Below are positions 37,301 through 49,950 of a stretch of DNA of 64,000 nt, piece after piece. Made by a program: the position numbers and the translations under genes. The notes beneath the pieces were generated by a model. It was not told the DNA's origin and did no database searches. It was given only the letters and a program-made list of their open reading frames with translations. The stretch covers positions 42,594,001 through 42,658,000 of the forward strand of contig NC_083288.1 in the NCBI RefSeq assembly GCF_963506605.1, in the 5' to 3' direction. Numbering within the stretch: the first letter of the stretch is position 1; every line of letters starts with the position of its first letter. The stretch comes from Zootoca vivipara (Eukaryota).

Positions 37301-40300
37301 TAACTGGCTTGTTTCAATCCTATGTTCCGTGGATACACGTTACCTGTGAAATCTTGTAGATATATAGAGTCATTGCCACGAAGAGACACACATTTGAATT
37401 AGGACCCACAATGAAAGCTACTGCATTATCATGCACATCACACTTGTAGTTTGGGATGAATCTGCCCCTTGTGGAGAGAAGTTCCATTGAGGCCAGATAG
37501 GTCTCTCTTGCAGTGAAATGGCTGTTATAGATGTGGAAGCCCAGGGTGAGGTTGGATAAGATCCAGAGATTTTCATTGATCTCATTTACAGCAAATATGA
37601 AGGACAGGATGTGCTGGTAGGTCTGAGTCATATATCTGCAATTAGATTTTCACGTTGTGTCAGAGCATCTCTGCTTCAGAATATATGCATCTCTGAATTT
37701 CACCCCAATCTATTTTGAATCCACATATACACATTCGCCCTGCTTCAAATCTGCAGTGATAGCCACTTTCATTTACGGATCTGTACGTATCTTCTGCTGA
37801 TATTCTTCTAGTTATGCCTCTTACACTGATCTGCTCTCACAGGGTGGGGCGACAAAATTGATTGGAGGAATTTGCATGTCTTAGAAAATGGATCTTTGAT
37901 GGGCAGGTAATCTAAGTCATAGTGATTTGGGGGAGAGGTCTGAAAGGGAGATGTGTACTGCCTTGTGAATAAGGAGGGAGGGAGGTGAGGGAGCTGTGTG
38001 GCTTTTCACACATTGGAATAAAGGTGCATACCCTCCAACATTCCTCAGATGAAAGTGGGGACACAACACACACCCTCTCCACCGTCCTGAGAAAACCCCT
38101 TCATCCTGATTTCATTTCATTTCATTCTTTGGTAGATTTTCAAAAAGAAAAACACACACCAATAAATAAATTTGAGGAAGGGGCAAGCATTGGGTGTTTT
38201 TCATTTTCGTTTAAAACCAATACTCCTTGTACTCTGCCAGGGCCGTCTTAAGCAAAGTTGTCGAAATAGGAAATAGTTGTTTACCTTTAGAATGGTTGTG
38301 GGATGCAGGGACTCACAGCACCAACCAGCAGGGGTGCCAGCGCCCCACACACAAGGGCATACGAAGGTGGCTGCGGGTTCCATGGTGGGGCGCCCTGTCC
38401 ACCCGCTGCCCCCCCCCCCCCCCGCTGCATGGTGGCTAACTGTTTCAGCTGCATGCGCCGCGCCGGGAGTGGTGTGTAATGTTGTGGGCGCTGTGTGACG
38501 CATCCTGTTGCTTGCGCCAAGCTGTGGGTTCCTTTGCTGGGTTTTCCGCTGTCAGCACATGCTCACAGCGCTTCCCAACGAGGGGTGCCAGTGCAGAAGG
38601 ACGGGGAATGCAAGCGGCAACGCCCACAACATTACACACTGCTCCGGGAGTGGCGCAGAAACAGTTAGCTGCCATGCAGCTAGGGCAAGAGCTGACAGCC
38701 GAGTGGAGCAGAGCCTGTCAGAGCACCGCAGACTCTTCTGCTGCGGGCAGCTTGGCACGAGTTTAGGGGCGAGCGTTGAAGTCTGGGGAAGAGCCGCCTG
38801 CCAGCGACAGCAGCCTCTGTTCCATTTCACCCACTCTCCAGCAGCCACTAAGAGCTGCCTGAGGAAGGAGCCCAGCAGCAGAGGTCATGGAAAAGCAATG
38901 GGGTGCCCCCTTGTTTAGACAAATGCCGGCTCATCCTCCTCCCCATGTTTGACAGTAGCAACACTGGCAAGGAAACAGAGACTTTCTGGAACCAAATTAG
39001 AAGCTGGTATGGCTTTTGTAATTCCAGGATTGTCCCTGGAAAATCGGGACACTTGGAGGTTTATGAAGATGCTGTGTGTTGTCCCAGGAGGAACGTTTAG
39101 CTGCTTCTACCCCAACTATTATAACTTCAAGATATCAGTTTCCAGTGTTCTCTACTTTTCTTAGCAGTTCTTCAAGAAGTAAAATTAGGGGAAACTTTAT
39201 TCCTCCACATCAACATAAAATAAATATCAGGAGTGTTCATCTCTGCTACTGAGGATGATATAAATGTTACTAATAGGGATCGAAACCATCTACCAAAGAC
39301 CATGTAGTCACTTGATGATAAAAAGGCAATGGAGCAGCAGCCCATTACAGAGTCATAGCTGTCAAGTTTTCCCTTTTCTCACGAGGAAGCCTATTCAGCA
39401 TTAGGAAATTTCCCTTAAAAAAAGGGAGAACTTGACAGCTATGTACAGAATATCCAGCAAAATCAGAATGTAAACACTATACACTGTGAAGGTAGTATGC
39501 AGTTCAGAACCAAGACCTAAATAGCAAATATAGCCTTGTCATCTTTCTTGAGAACAGTGAAGACAATTATTTATCAAGGGGGAAACTATTCTTCTAGATT
39601 TACAATGCAGGCCTACACTTAGTTATCTAGGAGAATGCACTAGATTGAGTTTGGAGAAGATATGCACACTTTCACAATTAGACCATTGTCTTATGTTTTT
39701 CTATACATAAAAAGTGTGTTTTGTGTGGATTAAATATTTGTAAATCATTATTTACACAAGGCAAGGTATCATTTAGAGTGACTGAAGTAATTAATACAGT
39801 CATACCTTGACATCCGAACGCTTTGACTTCCGAAGGTTTCGACTCCGAAAACCTCGACTTACAAAGACTGCCGCGGAACGGATCGTCTTCGTAAGTGGAG
39901 GTAGCACTGTACTCCGGTCATTGTTGCTGCTGCCATTATTATTGCAATATCCATAAATATATACATAACTAGATCTCAAAACCTAGCCACAAATCTAAAC
40001 TGTGCAGGGGTGGCTAGCATCCTCCAGATGCTGCCGAACTGCAGCTCACAACATCTCTGACCGTTGGCCACCATGGCCTGCGTCAGATGGGAATTGCAGC
40101 TCAGCAACATCTAGAGGACAATAGCTTAGCCATGCCTGTCTTAAGAAAGCGACTGAAATGTAGGCATCATTCATCCTAATCAACACTCTTAAAAATGAAT
40201 GAGAGTTGGAGGAAGATGATTTGGATATAAGCACCGCAACTACAAAATAACACCACCACCACCCCACACTACCACCAATGCACATTGAGATGTAGAGAGC

Positions 40301-40768
40301 GATGGAATCCCAGTAATGTTACTCCTAGTTTATTCTAAGAATCTTACTTGGGCAGATAATGGTTAAAACCTAAAACTAACAAATGTATTATGGCATAAAT
40401 GTTTGTGTGCTTAAGTGCATTTCATCATAAGTAAACTCTATGCTATAATAAGAGTCCTCGTCCTCCCCGCCATTTCTCTTTTTTCGCTGCAACAGACTAA
40501 CACAGCTAGACCGTCTGGAAAACGAGATGATAAAGAAATCAATTCCTTACACAATGTCATCAAGGAGCTCATGAGAGGGATGATTTTCGAAAGTTATAGG
40601 GTTGGAAAATGTGTAGATCTGAGATAGGATGCCAGCAATGATGAGGTCTCCTGACTGATAATACTTGTGATTTACTGGAAGAGGGTCACTGATACCACAT
40701 TGAGCTACGGTTAGACTCCACACAGCCTGAGGAAGCAGCAGCGATACCAATAGCATGAAATGTACCAT
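31337..40768 (-). CDS. Vomeronasal type-2 receptor V2R-A, intact, 6 exons, about 878 aa: join(40768-40551, 37635-37344, 36082-35231, 33931-33704, 33151-33025, 32256-31337)
   Basis: All introns GT-AG with matching phase; exon sizes 218/292/852/228/127/920; signal peptide, Venus flytrap domain (PNYKC, FNNSAGE), cysteine-rich CCYDC, class C 7TM ([33 protein letters not shown]). Confidence 0.92.
33185..33488 (+). mobile_element. L2-type LINE 3' fragment in V2R-A intron 4
   Basis: Same family as 5744-6150. Confidence 0.75.
34147..34253 (+). mobile_element. CR1 3' terminal fragment
   Basis: Matches the CR1 tail. Confidence 0.8.
34763..35038. mobile_element. Tc1/mariner MITE
   Basis: TA-flanked CAGTGGTGCCTCGCT / AGCGAGGCACCACTG. 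Confidence 0.85.
36209..37220 (+). mobile_element. Non-autonomous Helitron-like element (copy 1)
   Basis: Inserted between A and T; 5' TCTATATATA, 3' TGGCCGGGCCAGCTAG (small hairpin plus CTAG); 5' portion homologous to the copy at 57806-58842. Confidence 0.75.
36843..37093. mobile_element. hAT MITE nested in Helitron copy 1
   Basis: TIR CATAGCTGCCAAGT / ACTTGGCAGGTATG; perfect TSD agtggggc. Confidence 0.85.
39354..39443. mobile_element. Short hAT MITE (CATAGCTGTCAAGTT TIR)
   Basis: TIRs and TSD tacagagt/tacagaat. Confidence 0.8.
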
Positions 40769-40988
40769 CTTGAACAAACATCTGTCTTAGCCCTTATTCT
40801 CATGTTCCCTGAGCAGCACTGAATGGTCACTTTTTTGACTTATTCACAGCCAAGACTATACACTGCAGAGTATCAACAGTCAGAGTGACCATCACCTGCC
40901 TGCCTTAAGAACCTGCTTTGGATGCTACAGGGAATGATGATAGCACCCTTCAGTCTTGGGCCTTTGTTTTTCCTGTGGCTAATGGAAC

Positions 40989-40998
40989 TCCCTTGGGA
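40989..40998. promoter_or_regulatory. O/E (EBF) site upstream of V2R-A
   Basis: TCCCTTGGGA matches TCCCNNGGGA, about 220 bp upstream of the ATG; conserved upstream of V2R-C. Confidence 0.55.
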
Positions 40999-41324
40999 CT
41001 CAGGGAAAACGACGAAGTAATCATGGTGAATTTGATAATTACTCAGTAGCAGTGCTATTTTTCTAGAAAAAGACGTGTCGGAGCTCACCGTGAAGGCCTC
41101 CCTTGTTCTCCTAGAATGGCAATGGCACCACCTGAGAGGTGCCAGAACTGAGTTCCAGTGAGTTCCAGCTGAAAAAAGCCCTAATGTACTTTGTAGCAAA
41201 AAAACCCGGGTATGGCTTGAACAGTGAGGCTGTGTTTAAACATACCATTATGAGGACCATCTGTACTATACATTTAAAGCAGCAGCATACTAATTTAAAT
41301 AGTCATTGCTCCCCATCGCTGGTT

Positions 41325-43060
41325 TTTTTTTTTTTTGGAATACTGCAGTTTATTTTTTATTTTTATTTTTTTAATTAACTTTTTATTCACTTTTCTTTTT
41401 CTATCATTACATACATCTCATATCAATAACATTCATATTACATCATCTATTCCCTTCCCTCCCAGGCTTCCCTCAGCTTCCACTTCTGGTTTGTTTCCCC
41501 CTTATTACATACTGCTGTTTCTTAAAAGTCCACTATATCATTTCTTTGTTATTTTAAATGTTCTTTGTTAATAAAGATGTGAGTGTTTATTTAAATCCTG
41601 CCATCAAGTCAATAGTCTTCCTTCGTTTCTGCAAGTATATTATAAATGTTCCCCACTCTTTTTTCGAGTCTGTCCGTCAATTTTACCAGTTCTGCATAGT
41701 TCATAAATTTCTCTTGCCATTGTTCTTTAGTTGGAATTTCTCCAGTCTTCCTTTTTTGTGCTATCAGAATTCTCACCGCTGTAGTAGCATACATAAATAA
41801 TGTCCTCTTCTCTTTCGGCAGATATTGACCTAAAATACCTAACAGGAAGGCTTCTGGTCGTTTAACAAATGTTATTTTCAACATTTTCTTCAATTCATTA
41901 TATATCATTTCCCAATACATTTTTACAATCCCACCACATATGAAAAAAAAATCCCAGCCTCACACCTCCAACACTCCTTCTTTTCATTTTTATACATTTT
42001 TTGCTAGTTTGACCAGTGATATATACCATCTATTCTTCATCTTCATGTAATTCTCTCTCAACAATATAAAATCTGCAAATTTACTTTCCACAATTTTACC
42101 CAGTCTTCAAATTGTATATTGTGGCCATATCTTGTGCCCATTTGTATCATTACCGACTTTACTTATTCATCTTTAGTCTCCCACTCCAAAAGGATATTGT
42201 ATGACTTTTTAAAATAATTTCGAGTTTTCTTCTATCACTTCCTTTTGGAATTTGGAAACCGAATATGAAAAACCTTTCTTATTGTCCTCTTTAAAAATAT
42301 CCTTTAGCTGTCTATGGTGCAACCAACTTTGAAGATGCTCTTTTATTTCTTCATATTCTTTCAGTTTTTCCCTCCTGTTCTACCAATAAATCTCTATAAG
42401 TTGGCCATTCTCCCTTTTTTTCCAATGTTTTAAGTGAAAATGCCTCAATAAGAGATCACCACCAAGGTATCTTAGGTTCTAGTAGGTCTTTATATTTTTC
42501 CCACACTTTAAACAATGATCTCCTTTTTATATGATTATGAAACCCTTTATGTATTTTCACCTTTCCATACCATAGATAAGCATGCCATCCAAACCTGTTG
42601 TCATGTCCTTCCAGTTCTGTTATTTCCTCCCTATCTAACTAACTTGATCCAATCCTGGATCCGTATTGGGGATGCAGCTTCATAGTACAGTTTTAAATCT
42701 GGAAGTGAGAATTCACCTCTTTCTTTCACATCTGTAAGTATATTATTTTTTATCCTTGGCTTTTCCCCATTCCAGATAAATCTTGAGATCTCTCTTTGCC
42801 ATTCTTTGAAGCATGCATTCCCCGTTATTACTGGAATAGTTTGGAAGAAGAATAACATCCTTGAAAGTACATTCATTTTTATAGTTGCAAATCTTCCCAA
42901 TAAAGAGAGATTCATCCTATTCCATATTTCCAAATTTCTTTTGATTTCATGCCAAAAAATTTCATAATTATCTTTAAAGATATTTATATTTTTTTTGCAG
43001 TTACCCATACACCCAAATACTTTACTTGTTAAAATGGAAAATTTAATAATTTTTTTTTAA
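41325..43060 (-). mobile_element. L1/Tx1-clade LINE fragment (degraded ORF2)
   Basis: LSLLGRFATIKMNVL, LPDLKLYYEAA, WEMIYNELKKML; poly(A)-like tail at the 41325 end. Confidence 0.85.
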
Positions 43061-44067
43061 AAAAAAGAACATTACTTAGAACTCTCACTTTAATGTGTTC
43101 AGAAATGAACTGAAATCTCATAGAATGACTATTCTGCACTATTAAGCCAGGAACATGCTCTCAACCGCTTCTAGGAACTTTCAGAATCTAGGCTGCCATG
43201 CCTAGATAACACATAATGAAGCCCTTTCCAGGCCCTCATCTAATTCCTGTCTAAGACATATCTGACAGTTAAGCCCTATATTAACCATAAGAGTTTAACT
43301 TCTATCTCTCCACATCTTCTTGATTGGTTGACATACCACCCAGCTCAGCTTGGAATCTGTGTCCTCAGGACTTGAAAACTTTTTGTTTCTACCCATTTAT
43401 TCCATTTCTATGCTATTGTGTCTTCTTTATTATTGAGAAAATAAAAATGCAATAATGAATGGATGAATAAAATGCCAATTTTTAAGCCAAATGCGGACAG
43501 TTCTTGTGGTACTCTTTTCATCTGAATAACTCATTGCGCCAAAGGCCTTTATTTTTTTGTTGGTCAGTAGAATCTTGCCATCCCAGTGAGCTTAGGGCTG
43601 CCATATGTCTGGATTTTCCCATACATTACCAGGATTTCAAAGGTGGAATTGACATCCAGGGGGAATTTCTAAAAGGTGGTCCTTTGTGCTGGATCTGAGG
43701 CAAGTCGATTTCCTTGGTTTTTACTTTTTGAAATATGGCAATGCTAAGTGAGCTGGCCCATGGTTTCTTCTGCAATGCCTCACACAATAAATGTAACCCT
43801 GAATAGGTGATTATTTTCCCTTATAATTACCTACTTAATCATGATTATATGCTGCTACTTCTTCAGGTTTCAAGGCAGCTGTAGTAACCATGAGTAAAAC
43901 TACAAGACATAAGGATTCCATAACTAACCCCCCATCCAATTCTGCGTGAGGGCTTTGTAAATCTGATCTTGGACATTTTAGATAGCACAGTCTGAGTCAC
44001 ACATCATCGTTTGTGGGGCCATTCAAATCAGGCTGTGGGACTCAACACAGAACCCAGTAAGGTATAA

Positions 44068-44539
44068 CAGCGTTTCTCAACCGCTGTTCCGTGGCACACT
44101 AGTGTGCCGCGAGACGCTGGCTGGTGTGCCGCGACGTGCTGCGACGAGAAGGGCGATTTGCATTGTCACGTGCCTGGCGGCCGCCAATACGCAGCGCTAA
44201 CCCGACGGAAAGCAATATTTCTCCTCCTCTTTCCCAAAGCTCAGTGCAAACGACTGGAGGGTGGTTTTAGACAAACTTAAAGAAGCTGGCTGGATGAGCT
44301 CAACCTGAAACTTGCTGAGCAAAGGATTGTGCTGGCAGAGAAATCAGCGGCTTGTGAAGCCTTATTACAGGAGATTGCAACCAACACAGCAATTGGCAAG
44401 TGTTTCTTACAGTCATAATTATATAGTCAATATAGGGCGGCACAGAGTTAAATTTTTTAACTTTTTTAATGGTGGTGTGCCTCGTGATTTTTTTCATGGA
44501 ACAAGTGTGCCGTGGCCCAAAAAAGGTTGAGAAACACTG
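44068..44539. mobile_element. hAT (Buster/Charlie-type) non-autonomous element without recognisable host cargo
   Basis: TIRs CAGCGTTTCTCAACC / GGTTGAGAAACACTG; perfect 8-bp TSD aggtataa. Confidence 0.9.
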
Positions 44540-44546
44540 AGGTATA

Positions 44547-47500
44547 ATGTGGAGACAGCAGAATGGGAGTTGTGAAGGAATTCTTTCACAGAAGCTACTG
44601 CCATTGGCAGTCCTGGTCTTTTTGCCTCTGGTGGCATTCAAGACGCCTGACATCAAATGCAGTGTCAGCAACCCTCTTCCCATTCTCCACAAGTTCTACC
44701 AACCAGGAGACTTCATCATTGCCGGCATTATAGCTCAGATATATAGATTTTCCACCCCAATCACTTTCACAACACTCCCTTCTAACGACATCTTTGAAGA
44801 CACTGTGTAAGGCTTTGCTGTTGTTGTTTTTTTAATGTTCCTTTGTAATGTCAAGTACCTGAATGTCATATATCTGTCCTAGCTCTGCCACATTACCCTT
44901 CAGAATTGAGATGATCATACCATTTTATGCTTAGGAGTATATAAGAATTTCCAGGTTGTAAGGAAGAAACTGTGAGAGGGCAGTGATTGGAGATGAGGAT
45001 TACCTTTTAATTTCTTTCATCATTGCCAGCATTTTATATCAAATATTTAAACATGGCGGTAGAACAAGTTTCATAGAAAGGCCTTCTAATGACATCTTTG
45101 AATATCACTGTGTAAGGTGTTTGTTTGTTTTTTATAAAAACTTACTATACAATGTGATACATCTTTCCTAGCTATGCCAAATTACCCATCATCTGTTAGG
45201 AGAAGTTTTGAATGCTTAATGTTTAATTGTGCTTTTACTATTTTGTTGGGAGCAGCCCAGAATGGCTGGGGCAACCCATCCTATGGGCGGCATAAAAATA
45301 ATAAATTTATTGTTATTATTTTTTATCATGCTTACCTAGATCAGAACCGTTATACTATATTCAGGAATAATGTATGGAACTTAAGGGAAACATGTGTCAT
45401 ATTTTGTGGCAAATCCATGCTAACAGTGCAAGTAACTCTAATTGCAGGGTGTTGACCCACATCTACCAGCATATCCTGGCCTTGATATTTGCTGTCAAGG
45501 AGATCAATGAAAACCCCCACATTTCACCTAATGTCACCCTGGGGTTCCATATCTATAATAGCTATTTTGATGTAAGGTGGACCTATCATGCCTCAATGGA
45601 ATTCTTCTCTACACTGGGCAAATTAACCCCCAACTACAAATGTGATAGACAGAACAATCCAGGAGCAGTCATTGGGGGGCCTGTCTCTGAAGTTTGTCAC
45701 CATGTGGGAGATATCCCAAGCATCTATAAGATTCCACAGGTAAGATGTATGAATGCAGTCGGAGAGGTTATCAAATCATTTGCCCATCCCTTTACTTGTA
45801 AAGGTTTACTTTTTAAAAATTCTATTTGCAATGTTTTCTTATGTGAAACTTCCATAAGTAAGAATATAAGAAAAGCCTTATTGGATTAAGCCAGCAACCA
45901 GGGCCATCTTAAGCAGATCATAGAATCATAGAGTTGGAAGAGACCCCAAGGGCCATCCAGTCCAACCCCCTGCCAAGCAGGAAACACCACCAAAGCATTC
46001 TTGACAGATGGCTGCCAAGCCTCCGCTTAAAGACCTCCAAAGACCTCCATCCAGCGCTGTGGCGCAAAGGTCCCTCCGGCGCCCCCTCCCTTTCCCCAAA
46101 TTTAGCCTGGGGCAGAGGGCGCCGTTGGGGTTGCCTGACTACAGCCCAATGCAGGCATATCTATTGCTTCCAGAATGATTCACAGTTCACCTACTGACAT
46201 TGCTCAGTTCTGGGTTCACCCACAGCTTTAGTGTAGGTATGGAAGAATGTTTGAAAATGTTGTGTCAATTAAGTGACCACTTTCACCACCAGATCCTAAC
46301 CTTGAGGCAATTAAAGACATATAAATGTACAGATAGCAATAGTCAAATAAATGATGGACTTGAAGATGTTGGGGTTGTGCTGCTTTTCCTCAGAGCCAAG
46401 CATCTTGATGTGCCACACTTCACAAATCTTTTACTTGCCTTTCCCATGATCATATAGTCATCTGTAACTTACTAAAATAACTTGGCCAAACTGACTATCC
46501 AAAGAGTTTCCCCCCTAAGCATGACAGGGAGATTCTGGTCTTAAAGATTCTGTCTTCTTTTCCTTATTGTTGTCACTGTCTGAGATAGTTCTTCAAGTTT
46601 CCAGAATGTAGTGCACTTTTGATACAACCTTGCAAAAGAGAAAACCTTCTCTTCTTTCATTTGTGGACAGGTGCAGCCCCTTTCTGCTTGTAATGATAAA
46701 TGCCCTTTGGGTTACCATAAACAAAGAAGGAAGGGGAGCTATTTTGCTGCTATGACTGCATTCTGTGTCCGCAAGGGAAGTTTTCCAACCAAACAGGTAA
46801 CACGTATCATGCCTAGAGCCTATCAAATGCACTTTCACTTGGTTATTAAGACATTCATTTACATTATGTTGAGAAAATACTTGTGAATTCAGTGAAGGAT
46901 TGTGGTGCAACACATAGAAGCTTGAATTTTCTTTTCCAGACATGGGTGAATGCCTCCAGTGCCCACAAGATCATTACCCAAACATGGAACGGGATTCATG
47001 TATTCCAAAGGACATCAGTTTCTTGTCTTATGGAGAACCTTTGGGGATCGCTTTGGCAGTTCTTGCTCTTTCCCTTTCTTTCACCACAACTTTGGTGCTT
47101 TGTGTCTTCATTAAGCACCGGGAAACTCTCATAGTCAAAGCCAACAACCGCAACCTCTCCTACACTCTCCTCACCTCCCTCCTTCTTGCCTTCCTTTGTG
47201 CTTTGCTATTCATCGGTCGACCTGATAAAGTGACATGTCTCCTTCGACAAACAGCATTTGGCCTTATCTTTTCTGTGTCAGTTTCTTGTGTGTTGGCCAA
47301 GACAATCATTGTGGTCCTTGCTTTCAGAGTCACCAAACCAGGTTCCAGGATGAGGAAATGGGTGGGGAAACAACAGGCCACCGCCATTGTTCTTTCCTGT
47401 ACCTTGATTCAAGCTATTCTTTGTTGTGTATGGCTGGCTACGTCTCCCCCATTCCCAGATTTGGATATGAAATCTGTGACTAAAGAAATTGTTCTGGAGT

Positions 47501-47838
47501 GTAATGAAGGGCCAGTCCCCATGTTCTACTGTGTCTTGGGCTTTTTAGCCTTGCTGGACATTGTCAGCTTCACTGTAGCCTTCCTAGCCAGGAAATTACC
47601 CGACAGTTTTAATGAAGCCAAGTTTATCACCTTCAGCATGTTGGTTTTCTGCAGTGTGTGGCTGTCCTTTGTTCCCACCTATCTGAGCACAAGAGGAAAA
47701 TATATGGTGGCTGTGGAGATCTTCTCCATCTTAGCCTCCAGTGCTGGTGTCCTAGGCTGCATATTTTTCCCCAAATTCTACCTTATTGTGTTGAGACCTC
47801 AACTGAACTGCAAAAAGCAACTAAAAAGAAAGAATTGA
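44547..47838 (+). pseudogene. V2R-B pseudogene: exons 1 (44547-44806), 2 (45448-45739), 5 (46671-46796, 1-bp frameshift) and 6 (46940-47838); exons 3-4 absent
   Basis: V2R motifs in each exon; only about 930 bp between exons 2 and 5, whereas exons 3+4 need about 1080 bp; exon 5 is 126 rather than 127 nt. Confidence 0.85.
45918..46042 (-). mobile_element. CR1 3' terminal fragment
   Basis: Reverse complement of the CR1 tail (CATAGAATCATAGAGTTGGAAGAGAC). Confidence 0.8.
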
Positions 47839-49940
47839 CATATCTAATACTATATAGCCCTTATCCATCTTAAATCAGTATTGATAAAGCAATCTGATAT
47901 TTGCAATCATGTTGGTTATTATCCCGTTCCTTTGATAGTCATCATGTCTTGTTTTGCATTTTTTTCCTCCTCAGTAAAATGTAAATGTAATGCAAATTGT
48001 AATTCTTTATAAATATGTGATATATTTCTGTTAAATACATGGTTGCTGTAGAGAACCAAGCCTCCAATGCTTGGTTATTAGACTGCACATGTTCCCCAAA
48101 ATGTTTTATTTTTGCATCGACAGGCGGAGTCCTCCCCAACCCCAGGTGACCCCCCAAGTGGAATAATGACTCAAGACAACGTGCCATGGGATTAAAATTG
48201 GCCATAAATTTAGTAAGCTTCAGATGTAGGAAGACCTTGGCTCAGGCATTGGGCGTTTATTGTAGCGATTGTTTGGATCATCACTGGCAAACCACGTTGA
48301 TTCTGCCAAGGTTAGAAATAGTGCTGGCACACTGCGCTGAATGTCAGAATAGCAGACACGTGTAGCAGGACAGGACAGGACAAGACAGGGAAGAACAATG
48401 GGGTGGTGGAAAAATACTGAGGGTCACAGGATGGGCTTAGGAGGGGTGTTTGAAGAAGAGCATGTGATAGAGGCGTGGAGGCAGGAGCACGGAAAACAGT
48501 CACGTACATAATGGCGTCGTGTGGGGAATTTGGGGGTGTCACCAGAGGTGTCGTATTCATGGGCAGTTCCATATAGGGTGTTACAGTACCACCTTTGGTT
48601 GTATGTGTCTGTTTTTGATTGGAAGACTGTGCCTGAAGGGTTAATCATTGACAGCATGTAAAATTGCCAATAAAAGGGGGGCCCGGGCGTGTCTCGGGGT
48701 GGCCTTCCCGTACATCATCCTGTCATCGTCCCATCGTTCTTGCCAGCACAACAGTTTATCCTTCCCAGGTCCCAGCCGGGGATCTGGGAGACATCAGGGT
48801 TATCCAGAATGTGTGGGGATTGGGCTGGCTCTGGAGAACATATGTTCAAGCAGAGAGCCCCTCCCATTTCACCGCCGTCACAGGGGAGAGCAATGACAAC
48901 CTCTTGGCGTATGGCCAATGCCTCCCCCAAGACCCCTTTAATAGGGAACCTTGGGATCACTGCCGTAAAGGGCGTGGGTAACCGCTTCATGCTCCCCCCC
49001 CCCCAATTTAGGAAGATAGACTAAACTATTCCACCCAAGGCTTGAAACTGCGAAAGTTGTGATGTTTTGCTATGGGGAAGGCAAAACCTGCCAATGCAGG
49101 AAAATTTCTTTCCGGCCCTTCGACGTAGCAGTGCCTGCGTACCTGTGGAGAAGAGGTTAACCTGCAAAAGAAGGTTTAACTGAGGGAGGGCAGGGTGGGA
49201 GAAGCTCTGGAGCCTACAGACGCTTTGCAGGTAAAATTCACCTTCTATTGTCTATTGCCTATTCACCTTCTATTGTTCTATCATACTAATCAGTGCCTGG
49301 ACCCACACAGTCAACCCTCTATGATACGTTCTAGGAAGCCAAGTTGGGCCAGGGTCAAGGGAGCAGACTTATTTAAGCAGCTTGTCTACATGCTAAAAGC
49401 AATAGTAGAAAATGAAAACAATTGGGATCTAGTGAAAAAAAAATATAAGTTATTGATAGATGTAACGAAATAAAGCATAGAGAGAAAACTGATGGGTAGG
49501 CAACTTAAAAACAATGCTGAAAAAATTGGGATTAAGTGGAAAGATCATTATTTAGTCTATCAAGTTGTAATGGTACGTCATCAATTGCAATTTGTTTTAC
49601 ATTTGAAGAAGTAAAACAGCTTTAAATGATGTAAAAATGTAAAAAGTTTTTTTAAAAAATACAAAATAAACATCTAAAGCTGAGACCATTCCACCTGGGT
49701 GAAAATGCTTGTTGAAAGAAGATTACTTCTGTTATTCCTGGAAAGTATTAATAGTGAGTGCCTGTCATATCTCAACAGTGCAAAAATGTTTCTTCACAGG
49801 AGGACCAGAGGAAACTTCTTAAAAAAACACAATAGGCTTCTTTGCACCTGCAACTTGCAGAGAACCTCTAATTCTGCATCTGTGATTATCTACCTAAGAA
49901 TTATCCAATTGACCATAATTATTTCAACTTTTTCTGTAAG

Positions 49941-49950
49941 TCCCAAGGGA
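49941..49950. promoter_or_regulatory. O/E (EBF) site upstream of V2R-C
   Basis: TCCCAAGGGA in a context homologous to the V2R-A upstream region. Confidence 0.55.
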
